Origin: Bdellovibrionota bacterium
GTDB lineage: Bacteria; Bdellovibrionota_G; JALEGL01; JAGRMV01
Direction: 5' to 3'
Assembly: GCA_041391365.1 (NCBI GenBank)
Contig: JAWKOC010000001.1
Coordinates: 130,068-194,067, forward strand
Length of the DNA stretch: 64,000 nucleotides
Shown here piece by piece: positions 10,467-20,351 of this stretch. The position numbers were made by a program, and so were the translations under genes. How positions within the stretch are numbered: the first letter of the stretch is position 1; each line of letters opens with the position of its first letter. The notes beneath the pieces are model-generated. The model saw nothing but the letters and a program-made list of their open reading frames with translations, was not told the DNA's origin and did no database searches.

Positions 10467-12250
10467 TGTTCGACAAATCGTTCGATGGTGGGTGGATCCC
10501 CAAAGTAAACGCAATTTCGAAATTCTTTGGCTTTGTAGAGGGCTTGGTCAGCTTCTTTGTATAAATCTCCGAAATTGCTATGCGTTCGATGAAGTGTAGC
10601 AAGGCCAATGCTCACCGTGACAGGTTTTCCCGATGGAAGGTTGTGTTCAAATGGATATTTTTCAATTTCTCCGCGAATACGGTTTGCCACCATTTCTGCC
10701 TGTTTTCGTTCGATGCTGCGTAAAACTACAGCGAATTCTTCTCCACCCAATCGAGCGATGACATCATTTTGTCGTGTCAGACGCTGAAGGATCTGACTGA
10801 ACTCTTTGAGCAAACTATCTCCCGCCGGATGTCCGTAGGCATCGTTGTATGATTTGAAATGATCCAAATCCAAAGCGATGAAATGGAGGAGCTCTTTGTT
10901 TTGATGGCACACATCGAACAACACTTTGCCTTGGTTTTCAAAGGCTCGACGATTGAGAAGTCCTGTGAGACTGTCGTGTTCCGCGAGACTACGAAGTTTA
11001 CGGTTCTCTTTGGCCAGCTCTTCACGTCTTCTTCGATCGTTCATGGCAAGACCATGTTCTCGTGCAAGAAAAATCGAGAGTCCCAACGTGAACAATACAA
11101 AAGCATAGGGATTCAGGAGTACATTTCCAGGACTGGATACTTGAATGATGACATCCCGAGCTGCTGTGGCAATGAGAAGATAATAAGAAATGATGATGGT
11201 TCGAGAGGCCCAGGATTGACTCTTGAATGCCCATCGATGGATGTGCCATCCAATAAATGTCAAGGTGGCCACCATATATACGTTCCAAATGTTGTGAAAC
11301 ATCATCACCCAATAAGAGTGATTTACGGGAACCATAACGTTGCATATGATCAAGATGATGGAAAATGCAAAAAGAGCGCGATCCAGTCGGGGAGTTTTGA
11401 TGCCTCGAAGAAGAGAAATGTATCGATACAGAAAATAGGGAACCAATACAGGGGCGGAAAATACAAATTTGGAATCAATCCATGTATTTTTCAAAAATGG
11501 ACTCAATATGAAACTGGTTGCGATGACATACAAAGACATGAAAAGAGAAACAAAAAAGAATGCACGAAACTTTTCATTGCCCCCTCGTTGCCAAAACCCC
11601 ACCAAACTGCTGTAAAGTCCAATCAAAATCAACGAAACACCAAAGGCAAAAACCAAGTATGTCCGAAAAAAATTATGAATGAATTGATGTTTTCGAGCCG
11701 TTTCAAAATCAAGAATGGATAATTTTTTGGGGTTGAGAATGCCTCCTGGAATGGGGGACATTTTTTTGACTTGGATGACAATCTCATGATCACCTTGTTC
11801 GAGCAAAGATGATGGGATGCTATAGGCCCTCCAATCGTGAAGACCTGTTCCAAAATGTTCACCATAAAAGTGTGTTGATCCGATCCATTTCCCATCGATC
11901 CAAACGCGATCGGCGTCGGCAATGGGGCCAAGCTGCAGGGCCATCGGTTGGTTGATGAATCCACGAACAGTGAAATTTTTTTTGTACCAGATTTCTGCAC
12001 CTTCTTTGGGCAAGACGGGCAAAAAAATGGCTTTCAGGTTGTTGGTGGTTTCCCATTCGCTTTCATGTGGAAGTCCCGCTGCTGCATTAACAGACACTCT
12101 CCATGAGGGATCAAAACTGATGCGAGTTGATTCTTCTGAGGTGGGTGTGTTTTTGCAGGATAGAAATATTGCGATGCATCCAAATAAAAGGAGTTTCCAT
12201 TTTTCCTTGTGGTTGAGCACGAGTATGGTCAAAGGATACCATTTTTGCAT
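10463..12250 (-). CDS. Diguanylate cyclase with 7TMR-DISM extracellular and 7-TM sensor module
   Basis: This is the 3' part of ORF 10463..12475. The start was chosen at MQKWYPL (ATG 12250), because the ORF upstream of it overlaps pip. It has an extracellular N-domain, seven hydrophobic segments, and a GGDEF domain (RLGGEEFAVVL) with I-site RQND five residues upstream. Confidence 0.85.
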   Translation of the reverse strand: MQKWYPLTILVLNHKEKWKLLLFGCIAIFLSCKNTPTSEESTRISFDPSWRVSVNAAAGLPHESEWETTNNLKAIFLPVLPKEGAEIWYKKNFTVRGFINQPMALQLGPIADADRVWIDGKWIGSTHFYGEHFGTGLHDWRAYSIPSSLLEQGDHEIVIQVKKMSPIPGGILNPKKLSILDFETARKHQFIHNFFRTYLVFAFGVSLILIGLYSSLVGFWQRGGNEKFRAFFFVSLFMSLYVIATSFILSPFLKNTWIDSKFVFSAPVLVPYFLYRYISLLRGIKTPRLDRALFAFSIILIICNVMVPVNHSYWVMMFHNIWNVYMVATLTFIGWHIHRWAFKSQSWASRTIIISYYLLIATAARDVIIQVSSPGNVLLNPYAFVLFTLGLSIFLAREHGLAMNDRRRREELAKENRKLRSLAEHDSLTGLLNRRAFENQGKVLFDVCHQNKELLHFIALDLDHFKSYNDAYGHPAGDSLLKEFSQILQRLTRQNDVIARLGGEEFAVVLRSIERKQAEMVANRIRGEIEKYPFEHNLPSGKPVTVSIGLATLHRTHSNFGDLYKEADQALYKAKEFRNCVYFGDPPTIERFVEH

Positions 12251-12296
12251 GCCTTTTCGCAATCGAAGCTCAAAAAAAGAAAAAAGCTGAGAAGCT

Positions 12297-13244
12297 TTAC
12301 TTTTGCGTGCCGCTACACAAAGAGTACACCCGTGTGGCTTCTTTTTTGAGTCTTTCAAACGTTTCTGTATCTGTAGAAGCATGACCCGCAACCGTGAAAT
12401 ACAACTGACTCGTTGGAAGAGCTTTGTGAAGTTCAAAGGCGACCTTTGCACTGCAGATAGCGTCATATCGACCATGAACCATTGAAATGGGTTTGTCTTT
12501 GATCTTGTGAATGTTTCTCAAAATATAGCCATCTTCCAGAAAACAGAGGTTGGAAAGATAGTGTGATTCGATGCGAGCGAACGCCAGAGAGTCTTCTTCT
12601 TTCAAAATGTCTTCGATGGCTTGAGGGTCGTAGATCAGTTTTGCACAAGAGAGTTCAAAGCGGACAAATGCATCTGCATATTTTTTTTGAGTTTCGAGAT
12701 CTGCATGGGCCAATTGATGGGCATAGTGAAGCAAGGCTTGGTTTTGGTGGTCTTTTGGAACCAGGGACAAAAAATTTTCAAATGCGTCGGGAAAGGTCTT
12801 GCACGTGCCACTTCGGAAAAAATGATCGTTCTCCGCATCTGTACCTAGAAAAATTCCCCGAAGAACCATCCCCGCAACTTTTTCCGGATGAGCTACTGAA
12901 AAACTTAAGGCATACGTAGACCCCCAAGATCCTCCAAAGAGCATGCATTTTTCCAATTCAAAATGTTCCAAAATGCGCAGAGCATCTTGAACCAAGTGTA
13001 GGGTGGTATTGTTTTCCAAACTCGCAAAAGGTTTGCTGCGACCTGCGCCGCGCTGATCAAAAAAAATCACTCGCTGGGTTGTCAGATCAAAAAAATTTTT
13101 GTCTCGATCCGAAAATCCTGCGCCTGGTCCTCCATGCATGAACAAAATCGGGAAAGCATCTGCAGGTCCGCAGTCTTCGATGTAAAGTTCGTGTCCATCT
13201 CCAACAGGCAAAAACAGAGATGAGATACGATGGTCATGGTTCAT
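12297..13244 (-). CDS. pip: Prolyl aminopeptidase (proline iminopeptidase), alpha/beta hydrolase
   Basis: AAGGAG lies 7 nt upstream of ATG 13244. Motifs seen: HGGPGAG, the nucleophile elbow GGSWGSTYAL, and GRYD near the C-terminus. Confidence 0.85.
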   Translation of the reverse strand: MNHDHRISSLFLPVGDGHELYIEDCGPADAFPILFMHGGPGAGFSDRDKNFFDLTTQRVIFFDQRGAGRSKPFASLENNTTLHLVQDALRILEHFELEKCMLFGGSWGSTYALSFSVAHPEKVAGMVLRGIFLGTDAENDHFFRSGTCKTFPDAFENFLSLVPKDHQNQALLHYAHQLAHADLETQKKYADAFVRFELSCAKLIYDPQAIEDILKEEDSLAFARIESHYLSNLCFLEDGYILRNIHKIKDKPISMVHGRYDAICSAKVAFELHKALPTSQLYFTVAGHASTDTETFERLKKEATRVYSLCSGTQK

Positions 13245-13315
13245 GTGTTTTCTCCTTAATTCCAAAAGGTGATCACGGTTCTAGGTGATTGCATTCAAAA
13301 GTCAAAGTTCATTTT

Positions 13316-14671
13316 TCAAAGCAACCATGTTGCGACTGAAAAATAAATGACAATTCCAATCACGTCCACCATGGAAGCAACCAAGGGAGAGGACATGATG
13401 GCAGGATCCAAGCCGAGCTTTTTCAAAAGCATGGGCAACACGGCTCCAATGAGACATCCAGAAATCACGACCCCAATCAAAGCAACCCCAACGGAGAAAC
13501 AAACCAAAAACGGTGATCCCCAGAAATAAGCAAAAATCCAACCCACGACACCCAAGAAAACTCCCAGCATGACCCCAATGGCACTCTCTCTCCAAAAAAC
13601 CTGAAGAAAATCTTTCATGGTCACATCCCCCACCGCAAGCGCTCGTGTGATGAGTGTCACCGATTGAGATCCCGAATTTCCTCCGGTGGATACGATCAAA
13701 GGTAAAAAATACACCAGAGACAGTGCGTTTTCCATGGTTGATTGAAAATGCCTGAGTGCGGTTCCAGTAAAGGAAACACCAAAAAAAAGAACCAAAAGCC
13801 AAAGCCCTCTGTTTTGGGCCAATTTGAAAAAATTGGCTTTGAGGTAAGGAGCTTCCACAGGTTCGAGAGCTCCCATTCGGTGGACGTCTTCGGTTTGCTC
13901 TTCCACGGCTACGTCCAAAATATCGTCATGTGTGATGATTCCGACGAGTTTTTTCTGCTCGTCCACCACAGGCAATGCAAACAAGTCGAATTTTGCAAAC
14001 TCTTTGACCACTTCCTCTTGATCCATTTGAACGTCGATGGTGACGATTTCCTTGGTCATGATCTCCGAGACGATCTGATAGGGTTTGGAAAGAACCAGAT
14101 CTTTGAGAGAGAGAGTCCCAATCAATTTTCTCTCATGATCCACGACATATAAATAGAGGATGGTTTCGCTATTGGGAGCTATTTTTCGAAGATGCAACAA
14201 TGCTTCGCTGACGGAAAAATTGGATGGGATGGAGGCGTACTCGGTGGTCATGATGGCGCCTGCAGTATTTTCGCCATACTGCAACAATTTTCTCACCTCG
14301 TCTCGCTCGGCCTGGGCCATCAGTGGAAGCAAAGATTCTACGGTTTGGTCTGGAAGTTTGTTGATGAGGTCGACCCGGTCATCGGAAGACAATTCTTCCA
14401 AGATTTTTACCGTTTCTCTCCAATTGAGTTTTTTGAGCGTGGAGACTTGGGTTTCGATTTCCAGATTTTCGAAGGTTTGAAAATTGAGAGGGTGGGGAAG
14501 AGCGTGAAAAATAGACGCATGGTGCTCCGCGTTGAGACGATCCATCATTTCCGCAATGTCTTCCGGGTGTTGGCCTTGCAGAATCTCCCGCAGTTCATTG
14601 GGATGATACCCCTCCAAATAGGGTTTGATGCTATCGATCAGGGAGACGGTATGTTCTTGTTTTTCCATCAT
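13316..14671 (-). CDS. mgtE: Magnesium transporter MgtE
   Basis: This 451-aa ORF has an MgtE N-domain, tandem CBS domains, and a C-terminal 5-TM domain with PLIVSTGGNSGSQS. Confidence 0.9.
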   Translation of the reverse strand: MMEKQEHTVSLIDSIKPYLEGYHPNELREILQGQHPEDIAEMMDRLNAEHHASIFHALPHPLNFQTFENLEIETQVSTLKKLNWRETVKILEELSSDDRVDLINKLPDQTVESLLPLMAQAERDEVRKLLQYGENTAGAIMTTEYASIPSNFSVSEALLHLRKIAPNSETILYLYVVDHERKLIGTLSLKDLVLSKPYQIVSEIMTKEIVTIDVQMDQEEVVKEFAKFDLFALPVVDEQKKLVGIITHDDILDVAVEEQTEDVHRMGALEPVEAPYLKANFFKLAQNRGLWLLVLFFGVSFTGTALRHFQSTMENALSLVYFLPLIVSTGGNSGSQSVTLITRALAVGDVTMKDFLQVFWRESAIGVMLGVFLGVVGWIFAYFWGSPFLVCFSVGVALIGVVISGCLIGAVLPMLLKKLGLDPAIMSSPLVASMVDVIGIVIYFSVATWLL

Positions 14672-14855
14672 GGGAACCTGCTATCTCATTTTAGCACATG
14701 AGTTTTGTTCGAGGTTGAATCCTTTGATTCAGCTGAGCGAGTGTACTACCCCAAAAAAAAATGAAAAGCATTTGAAAAAATATGATTTTTCATACATAAC
14801 CAGCATTTATTCGTTAAATTCGATCCATAAATCAAATGACTCGAAGGAGATTGTC

Positions 14856-16445
14856 ATGAAAAAATGGTCATTGTGTAGTTTGATGTTGGCGGTCGTGCTG
14901 AGCACACCTTTGGTTTTTGCCAAAACATTTATCTATTGTTCGGAAGCCAGTCCTCGAACGTTCAATTTGCAGTTGGTTGACGATACCGTTACCGCTCATG
15001 CGGGTCTTCCATTGTACAACCGATTGGTGGAGTTTGTTCCTGGAAGTGTTCAGCTCCGACCTCGCTTGGCTGAGTCATGGACAGTCTCGAAAGATCGATT
15101 GGAATACACCTTCAAATTGCGCAAAGATGTGAATTTTCACACCACAGATTATTTCAAACCCACTCGAAAGATGAATGCCGATGATGTCGTATTTTCTTTC
15201 ATGAGAATGCACGACAAGAATCACCCTTTTCACAATGTGGGGGGGGCAAAGTATGTGTTTTACAACGGGATGGAACTCAACAAGATTGTACAGTCCATCG
15301 AAAAGGTAGATGACTACACTGTAAAGTTTACCCTGAACCAGCCTCAGGGAACATTCTTGGCGAACATTGCTTTGGAAACCATCGGGCCCATCCTGTCCAA
15401 AGAATATGGAGACAAGCTTGTCAAAGAAAACAAAAAAGATGAAATGGATACCAAACCCATTGGCACAGGCCCATTTGTATTTCGACAGTATGTAAAAGAT
15501 GCTTCGATTCGATACGCCGCTTTCAATGATTATTTCGATACCAAACCCAAAGTGGACAATATGGTGTTCTTGATCACTCCCGACAATACGGTGCGCGCAC
15601 AAAAAATGATTGCGGGAGAGTGTCACATGATCGCAGAGCCTTCATCGATTGATTACAATCGCTTCAAAGCCAATCCCAATTTGACGGTCGTCGACGGGGA
15701 TGTGATCAATGTAGGTTACTTGGCCTTTAACGTGAGCAAAGCGCCTTTTGACAAAGTGGAAGTTCGACAAGCTATCGCACATGCACTCAATCGAAAATCG
15801 TACATCGATGCCATTTATCATGGACGCGCCAAAGTTGCAGAAAGCATCATTCCCTTCAACATGTGGGGATATACACAAGACGTAAAACATTATGACTACA
15901 ATCCTGATCGTGCCAAACAACTATTGGCCAAAGCGGGACTCAAAGATGGGTTCAAAACGGAGTTGTGGGCTCTGCCTTTTGCGCGTGCCTACAATCCGGA
16001 TGGGAAGAAAATGGCTGAATTGATGCAAGCCGATCTCAAAGCCGTGGGCATCGAGGCAAAAATCGTGACCTTCGACAGCACCACCTACATGAACAAAGTT
16101 GAGGTGTGGGAACATACCATGGCACAGTTGGGATGGTCCTCTGACAATGGAGATCCAGACAATTTTGTTTATCCATTGCTCAGTTGTGCAAGTGCACAAA
16201 ATGGAACCAACATCACCAAATGGTGTGACAAAGATTTCGATGCCATCATTCAGAAGGCACAAACTTTGATTGATCGAGGTCAGCGCTCAGAATTGTACAA
16301 AAAAGCGCAGCAGATCTACAAAGAGCAAGTTCCATCCATTCCTCTTGCTCATTCGATGATTTACCGTGTGATGGCCAAAAATGTTGCGGGATACAAAATC
16401 AGTCCGTTTGGACGGGACGATTTTGAAAACATTGAGTTGAAATAA
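14856..16445 (+). CDS. ABC transporter substrate-binding protein, peptide/nickel (DppA/OppA/GsiB) family
   Basis: GGAG precedes ATG 14856. The signal peptide is MKKWSLCSLMLAVVLSTPLVFA. Length and motifs fit family 5 substrate-binding proteins. Confidence 0.85.
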   Translation: MKKWSLCSLMLAVVLSTPLVFAKTFIYCSEASPRTFNLQLVDDTVTAHAGLPLYNRLVEFVPGSVQLRPRLAESWTVSKDRLEYTFKLRKDVNFHTTDYFKPTRKMNADDVVFSFMRMHDKNHPFHNVGGAKYVFYNGMELNKIVQSIEKVDDYTVKFTLNQPQGTFLANIALETIGPILSKEYGDKLVKENKKDEMDTKPIGTGPFVFRQYVKDASIRYAAFNDYFDTKPKVDNMVFLITPDNTVRAQKMIAGECHMIAEPSSIDYNRFKANPNLTVVDGDVINVGYLAFNVSKAPFDKVEVRQAIAHALNRKSYIDAIYHGRAKVAESIIPFNMWGYTQDVKHYDYNPDRAKQLLAKAGLKDGFKTELWALPFARAYNPDGKKMAELMQADLKAVGIEAKIVTFDSTTYMNKVEVWEHTMAQLGWSSDNGDPDNFVYPLLSCASAQNGTNITKWCDKDFDAIIQKAQTLIDRGQRSELYKKAQQIYKEQVPSIPLAHSMIYRVMAKNVAGYKISPFGRDDFENIELK

Positions 16446-16475
16446 TTTTGTTCTTGATAGAAAGCACAACGCTCT

Positions 16476-17513
16476 TTGCTGGGATATTTTCTTAAGAAAG
16501 TTTCCATTCTTGCCCTTACGTTGCTGGGGGTGAGTCTATTTACCTTTTCGATCGTGAGATTGATCCCCGGAGATCCGATCAAAGCCATGGTGGGGGAACG
16601 TGGGGTCTCTCCAGAATTTCGTGCCGAATTGGAAGCCTCACTTGGATTGGATCAAAGCCTACCCATTCAATACTTCAACTATATGAAAAGCGTATTTCGT
16701 GGAGAAATGGGCATATCGCTGGTTTCTCAGAGGCCAGTGGCGGAGGAATTTTTTGACCGGTTTCCTGCAACCTTGGAATTGGGTTTTTTGGCTTTGTTGA
16801 TTGCAGTGGTGGTCGGTGTTCCTGTGGGCATCTTGGCGGCGGTGAAGCGAAATACATTTTTTGACTACGCTTTCATGGGAGCTTCTTTGGTTGGATACTC
16901 GATGCCCATTTTTTGGTGGGGATTGATTTTGATTTTATTTTCTTCCATCAATTTTTTGGATCTTCCTTTTTTGGGTTGGACTCCTGTTTCGGGAAGACTG
17001 AGTCCCATGTATTTCATTGAATCCAAAACAGGTTTCATGCTGATCGATGTTTGGTTCTCCGAGGATTCTTGGGCTGCGTTTTGGGATGCCTTCAGGCATT
17101 TGATGTTGCCTTCCATTGCCATGGCGACAATTCCTTTGGCCACCATTTCGAGAATGACCCGGTCCAGTCTGCTGGAGGTATTGGATGAAAACTATGTTCA
17201 AACAGCTCGAGCCAAAGGGCTGGGTTGGTTTGGTGTGGTGGTTCGACATGCATTTCGAAATGCATTGATTCCCGTAGTTACCGTGATTGGATTGTCTCTG
17301 AGCAGCATTGTGACTGGAGCGATTCTCACCGAAACCATTTTTTCATGGCCTGGAATTGCCCACTGGCTTGTCAAAAGTGTTCACGCTAGAGACTACACAG
17401 TATTGCAAGGTGGGACACTCTTGATCGCCACCTGCATAGTTGGGATCAATTTGCTTACAGACTTGACCTATTTGCTGATCGATCCAAAACTCAGGAGTAG
17501 AGATGTTGGTTAA
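16476..17513 (+). CDS. ABC peptide transporter permease (DppB/GsiC-like)
   Basis: TTG start. The N-terminus is typical (FSIVRLIPGDPI), and the EAA-loop region reads YVQTARAKGL. Confidence 0.85.
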   Translation: MLGYFLKKVSILALTLLGVSLFTFSIVRLIPGDPIKAMVGERGVSPEFRAELEASLGLDQSLPIQYFNYMKSVFRGEMGISLVSQRPVAEEFFDRFPATLELGFLALLIAVVVGVPVGILAAVKRNTFFDYAFMGASLVGYSMPIFWWGLILILFSSINFLDLPFLGWTPVSGRLSPMYFIESKTGFMLIDVWFSEDSWAAFWDAFRHLMLPSIAMATIPLATISRMTRSSLLEVLDENYVQTARAKGLGWFGVVVRHAFRNALIPVVTVIGLSLSSIVTGAILTETIFSWPGIAHWLVKSVHARDYTVLQGGTLLIATCIVGINLLTDLTYLLIDPKLRSRDVG

Positions 17514-18408
17514 CCCCAAATCTGTTGCAAACCACTACCACCGATTGCGTGCATCAGGAGGCCTCGATGTTGTTTTTGCCTTTGCTCAAAACAAAGGAGC
17601 TGTGCTGGGTGTGGGGATCATCTTTTTTTGCATTGTTGTTTCTATTTTTGCTCCATGGATGGCTCCCTATCCTCCCGACCAAATTTTTGTGGGAAAATAT
17701 ACACTGCCTCCCATGTGGTTCGATGGCGGTGTCTCACAATTTATTCTGGGGACCGATGATCTTGGACGATGTTTGCTCAGCCGTTTGATCTATGGGGCTC
17801 GCGTTTCTGTGGGGGTAGGTTTTTTGGTGTCTTTGTATGCATTTGTCGTAGGAACACTTTTTGGTCTTGTCGCAGGATATTTTGGAGGAACCATCGACCA
17901 AGTGATCATGAGATGCACAGACATTCTCATGGCCATGCCCAGCATCTTGCTCGCGATTGTGGTGGTTGCCGTGTTGGGGCCAGGAATGTTCAACGCTGTG
18001 TTTGCTGTGGCGATTGTGAAAGTTCCCAACTTTATACGTCTTGTTCGAGCCTCCACCATGGCGGAAAAAAACAAAGAATACATCATAGCTTCAGGAACTT
18101 TTGGTGCCTCTCATCTTCGTCAAATGTTCATCAACATTTTTCCCAATATTTTAGCACCTCTGGTTGTACAAACCACATTGACTTTCAGTGACGGAATCTT
18201 GGATATTGCCGCACTAGGGTTTTTGGGGTTGGGCGCACAGCCTCCTACCCCTGAATGGGGAACCATGTTGGCCGATGCAAAAAATTACTTTCTTTCTTCT
18301 CCTTGGTTTGTGATCATGCCAGGTCTTTGCATTTTGCTTGTCGTGTTGGGATTCAACCTGTTCGGTGATGGAATTCGAGACGCCTTTGATCCGAGGTTGA
18401 AAAAATGA
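17503..18408 (+). CDS. ABC peptide transporter permease (DppC/GsiD-like)
   Basis: This 301-aa ORF overlaps the preceding gene. The motif LGTDDLGRCLLSRLIYGARVS is typical of DppC/OppC. Confidence 0.85.
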   Translation: MLVNPKSVANHYHRLRASGGLDVVFAFAQNKGAVLGVGIIFFCIVVSIFAPWMAPYPPDQIFVGKYTLPPMWFDGGVSQFILGTDDLGRCLLSRLIYGARVSVGVGFLVSLYAFVVGTLFGLVAGYFGGTIDQVIMRCTDILMAMPSILLAIVVVAVLGPGMFNAVFAVAIVKVPNFIRLVRASTMAEKNKEYIIASGTFGASHLRQMFINIFPNILAPLVVQTTLTFSDGILDIAALGFLGLGAQPPTPEWGTMLADAKNYFLSSPWFVIMPGLCILLVVLGFNLFGDGIRDAFDPRLKK

Positions 18409-19397
18409 AACCGTTGTTGGAAGTTCAAAATTTGTCGGTTCAATTTGATACCCTACGTGGAAAACTTCCTGCCGTTCAGCAGTTGTCATTTTCGGTGACG
18501 GAAGGGGAAGTGCTTGGGATTGTTGGAGAGTCTGGGTCGGGAAAAAGCGTGGCCAATTTGGCTCTGATGGGACTTCTTCCCAAAAGCAGTCATGTTTCGG
18601 CAGATACGCTGCGCTTTCAGGATTTTGATTTGCTTCGACTGAGTTCCAAACAAAGAAGGAGTGTTCGAGGCGGATTGATCTCCATGATTTTTCAAGATCC
18701 GATGAGCAGCTTGAATCCATGTTATCGGGTTGGATCTCAGATCGAAGAATCCATCAACATTCATCAACCTGAAGTTGATTCATCTCATCGAAGACAACAT
18801 GTGGAACAGTTGCTTCAAGCGGTGGGAATTGTGGATGTTGAGAGGGTGTATCGATCGTACCCTCACGAACTTTCGGGGGGGATGTGCCAACGTGTCATGA
18901 TTGCGATGGCCATTGCGTGCAATCCAAAACTGATCATTGCAGATGAACCCACCACAGCATTGGACGTCACCATCCAAGCTCAAATTTTGGAACTTCTGGC
19001 CAAGCTGAACCGAGAGAAAAAAATGTCCATGATTTTGGTCACCCATGACATTGGTGTTGTCGTTGAACATGCTGATCGAATCATGGTGATGTATGCAGGG
19101 CAGGCGGTGGAGACCGGGAAAGTAGATGAAGTCATTTCCCACCCTCAACATCCCTACACGCAGGCATTGCTCCATGCTTTGCCTGGATATCATTCAGAAA
19201 GAGAACACCGAACTCCTTTGCCGAGCCTTGCTGGGTTGGTTCCCGATTTGATCCATCGGCCCCAAGGATGTTTGCTGAGTCCTCGTTGTCCGTTCGTTCA
19301 AGATCGTTGCAAGAGTGAAGAACCATCGATCGAGATCGTTTCGGGTCGGGTTTGTCGATGTTTTTATCCACTCGGATCTTCGGGGGATCCATCGTGA
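18405..19397 (+). CDS. ABC peptide transporter ATPase (DppD-like)
   Basis: ATGA overlap with the upstream gene. Walker A is GESGSGKS and the signature is LSGGMCQRV. The C-terminal oligopeptide-type domain has CPF..RC. Confidence 0.9.
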   Translation: MKPLLEVQNLSVQFDTLRGKLPAVQQLSFSVTEGEVLGIVGESGSGKSVANLALMGLLPKSSHVSADTLRFQDFDLLRLSSKQRRSVRGGLISMIFQDPMSSLNPCYRVGSQIEESINIHQPEVDSSHRRQHVEQLLQAVGIVDVERVYRSYPHELSGGMCQRVMIAMAIACNPKLIIADEPTTALDVTIQAQILELLAKLNREKKMSMILVTHDIGVVVEHADRIMVMYAGQAVETGKVDEVISHPQHPYTQALLHALPGYHSEREHRTPLPSLAGLVPDLIHRPQGCLLSPRCPFVQDRCKSEEPSIEIVSGRVCRCFYPLGSSGDPS

Positions 19398-20347
19398 AGT
19401 CACCCATTTTACAGGCGATTGATCTTAAAAAAACATTTTCCATTCGAAAGACATGGAACAAGGTTCAATCTTTTGAGGCTCTCAAAGGCATCAGTTTTTC
19501 GATTGAAAAAAAGAAAACTCTTGGGCTTGTAGGTGAGTCCGGATGTGGAAAAAGTACGTTGGCGCGCATTCTTGTTGGCATTGTGGAACCTACGTCGGGC
19601 GAAGTTCTCATCGATGGAAAATCAGTCCAAAGCATGGACTCCTCAGAATATCGTAAGAAAATACAAATGATTTTTCAGGATCCTTATGCCTCCATCAATC
19701 CTCGGAAAAATGCAGGGACAATCATCTCAGAACCTCTTGTGATCAATTCGACTTTGAGCAAGCAAGAGATCCGAGATCGTTGTCTTTCGATCATGAGTGA
19801 AGTAGGACTTCGCCCTGAGTTCTATCAGAGATATGCGCATATGTTCAGTGGAGGGCAAAGACAACGTATCGGAATTGCAAGAGCCCTGATGATGAATCCA
19901 TCCATTATGATTTGTGATGAGCCAGTGTCGGCGCTGGATGTTTCCATTCAAGCGCAAGTCTTGAATCTGTTGATGAAAATCCAAGATGAACATGAGTTGA
20001 GTTATTTGTTCATTTCGCATGATTTGTCGGTGGTCAGGCACATTGCGGATGACGTCATCGTGATGTACCTGGGTGAAATCGTTGAAAAAGGAACTCGTCA
20101 GCAGGTTTTTTATGAAACCAAGCACCCCTACACCAAAGCGCTTTTGGAGAGCACGCCTCACATTCGCCCATCGGAAGTATCTTCAAAACGAAAATTGATT
20201 CGTGGAGAAGTGGTGGGACACGTTTCTGTTCAGGGTTGCTCGTTTCAGTCTCGATGTCCGTTGGTCGTGGATCGATGCAAAACCGAAAAACCAGAGCTTC
20301 GGCAAGCCGATTCTGGACACTTCTTTTCATGTCATGTAGTCCAATAG
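19394..20347 (+). CDS. ABC peptide transporter ATPase (DppF-like)
   Basis: The start was chosen at GTG 19394 (GTGA overlap with the dppD-like stop). Walker A is GESGCGKST and the signature is FSGGQRQRI. Confidence 0.85.
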   Translation: MKSPILQAIDLKKTFSIRKTWNKVQSFEALKGISFSIEKKKTLGLVGESGCGKSTLARILVGIVEPTSGEVLIDGKSVQSMDSSEYRKKIQMIFQDPYASINPRKNAGTIISEPLVINSTLSKQEIRDRCLSIMSEVGLRPEFYQRYAHMFSGGQRQRIGIARALMMNPSIMICDEPVSALDVSIQAQVLNLLMKIQDEHELSYLFISHDLSVVRHIADDVIVMYLGEIVEKGTRQQVFYETKHPYTKALLESTPHIRPSEVSSKRKLIRGEVVGHVSVQGCSFQSRCPLVVDRCKTEKPELRQADSGHFFSCHVVQ

Positions 20348-20351
20348 GGGC

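Noticed and set aside
14672-14855. A possible Mg2+ riboswitch (M-box) or other leader upstream of mgtE. The gap has a TGAATC-N4-GATTCA palindrome (14716..14731) and an ATGAAAA/TTTTCAT inverted repeat.
   Set aside because: The 185-bp gap is shared with the divergent ABC operon and is too short and AT-rich for an M-box. I could not recognise conserved M-box elements. The palindrome may be an ordinary operator, but there is no supporting evidence.
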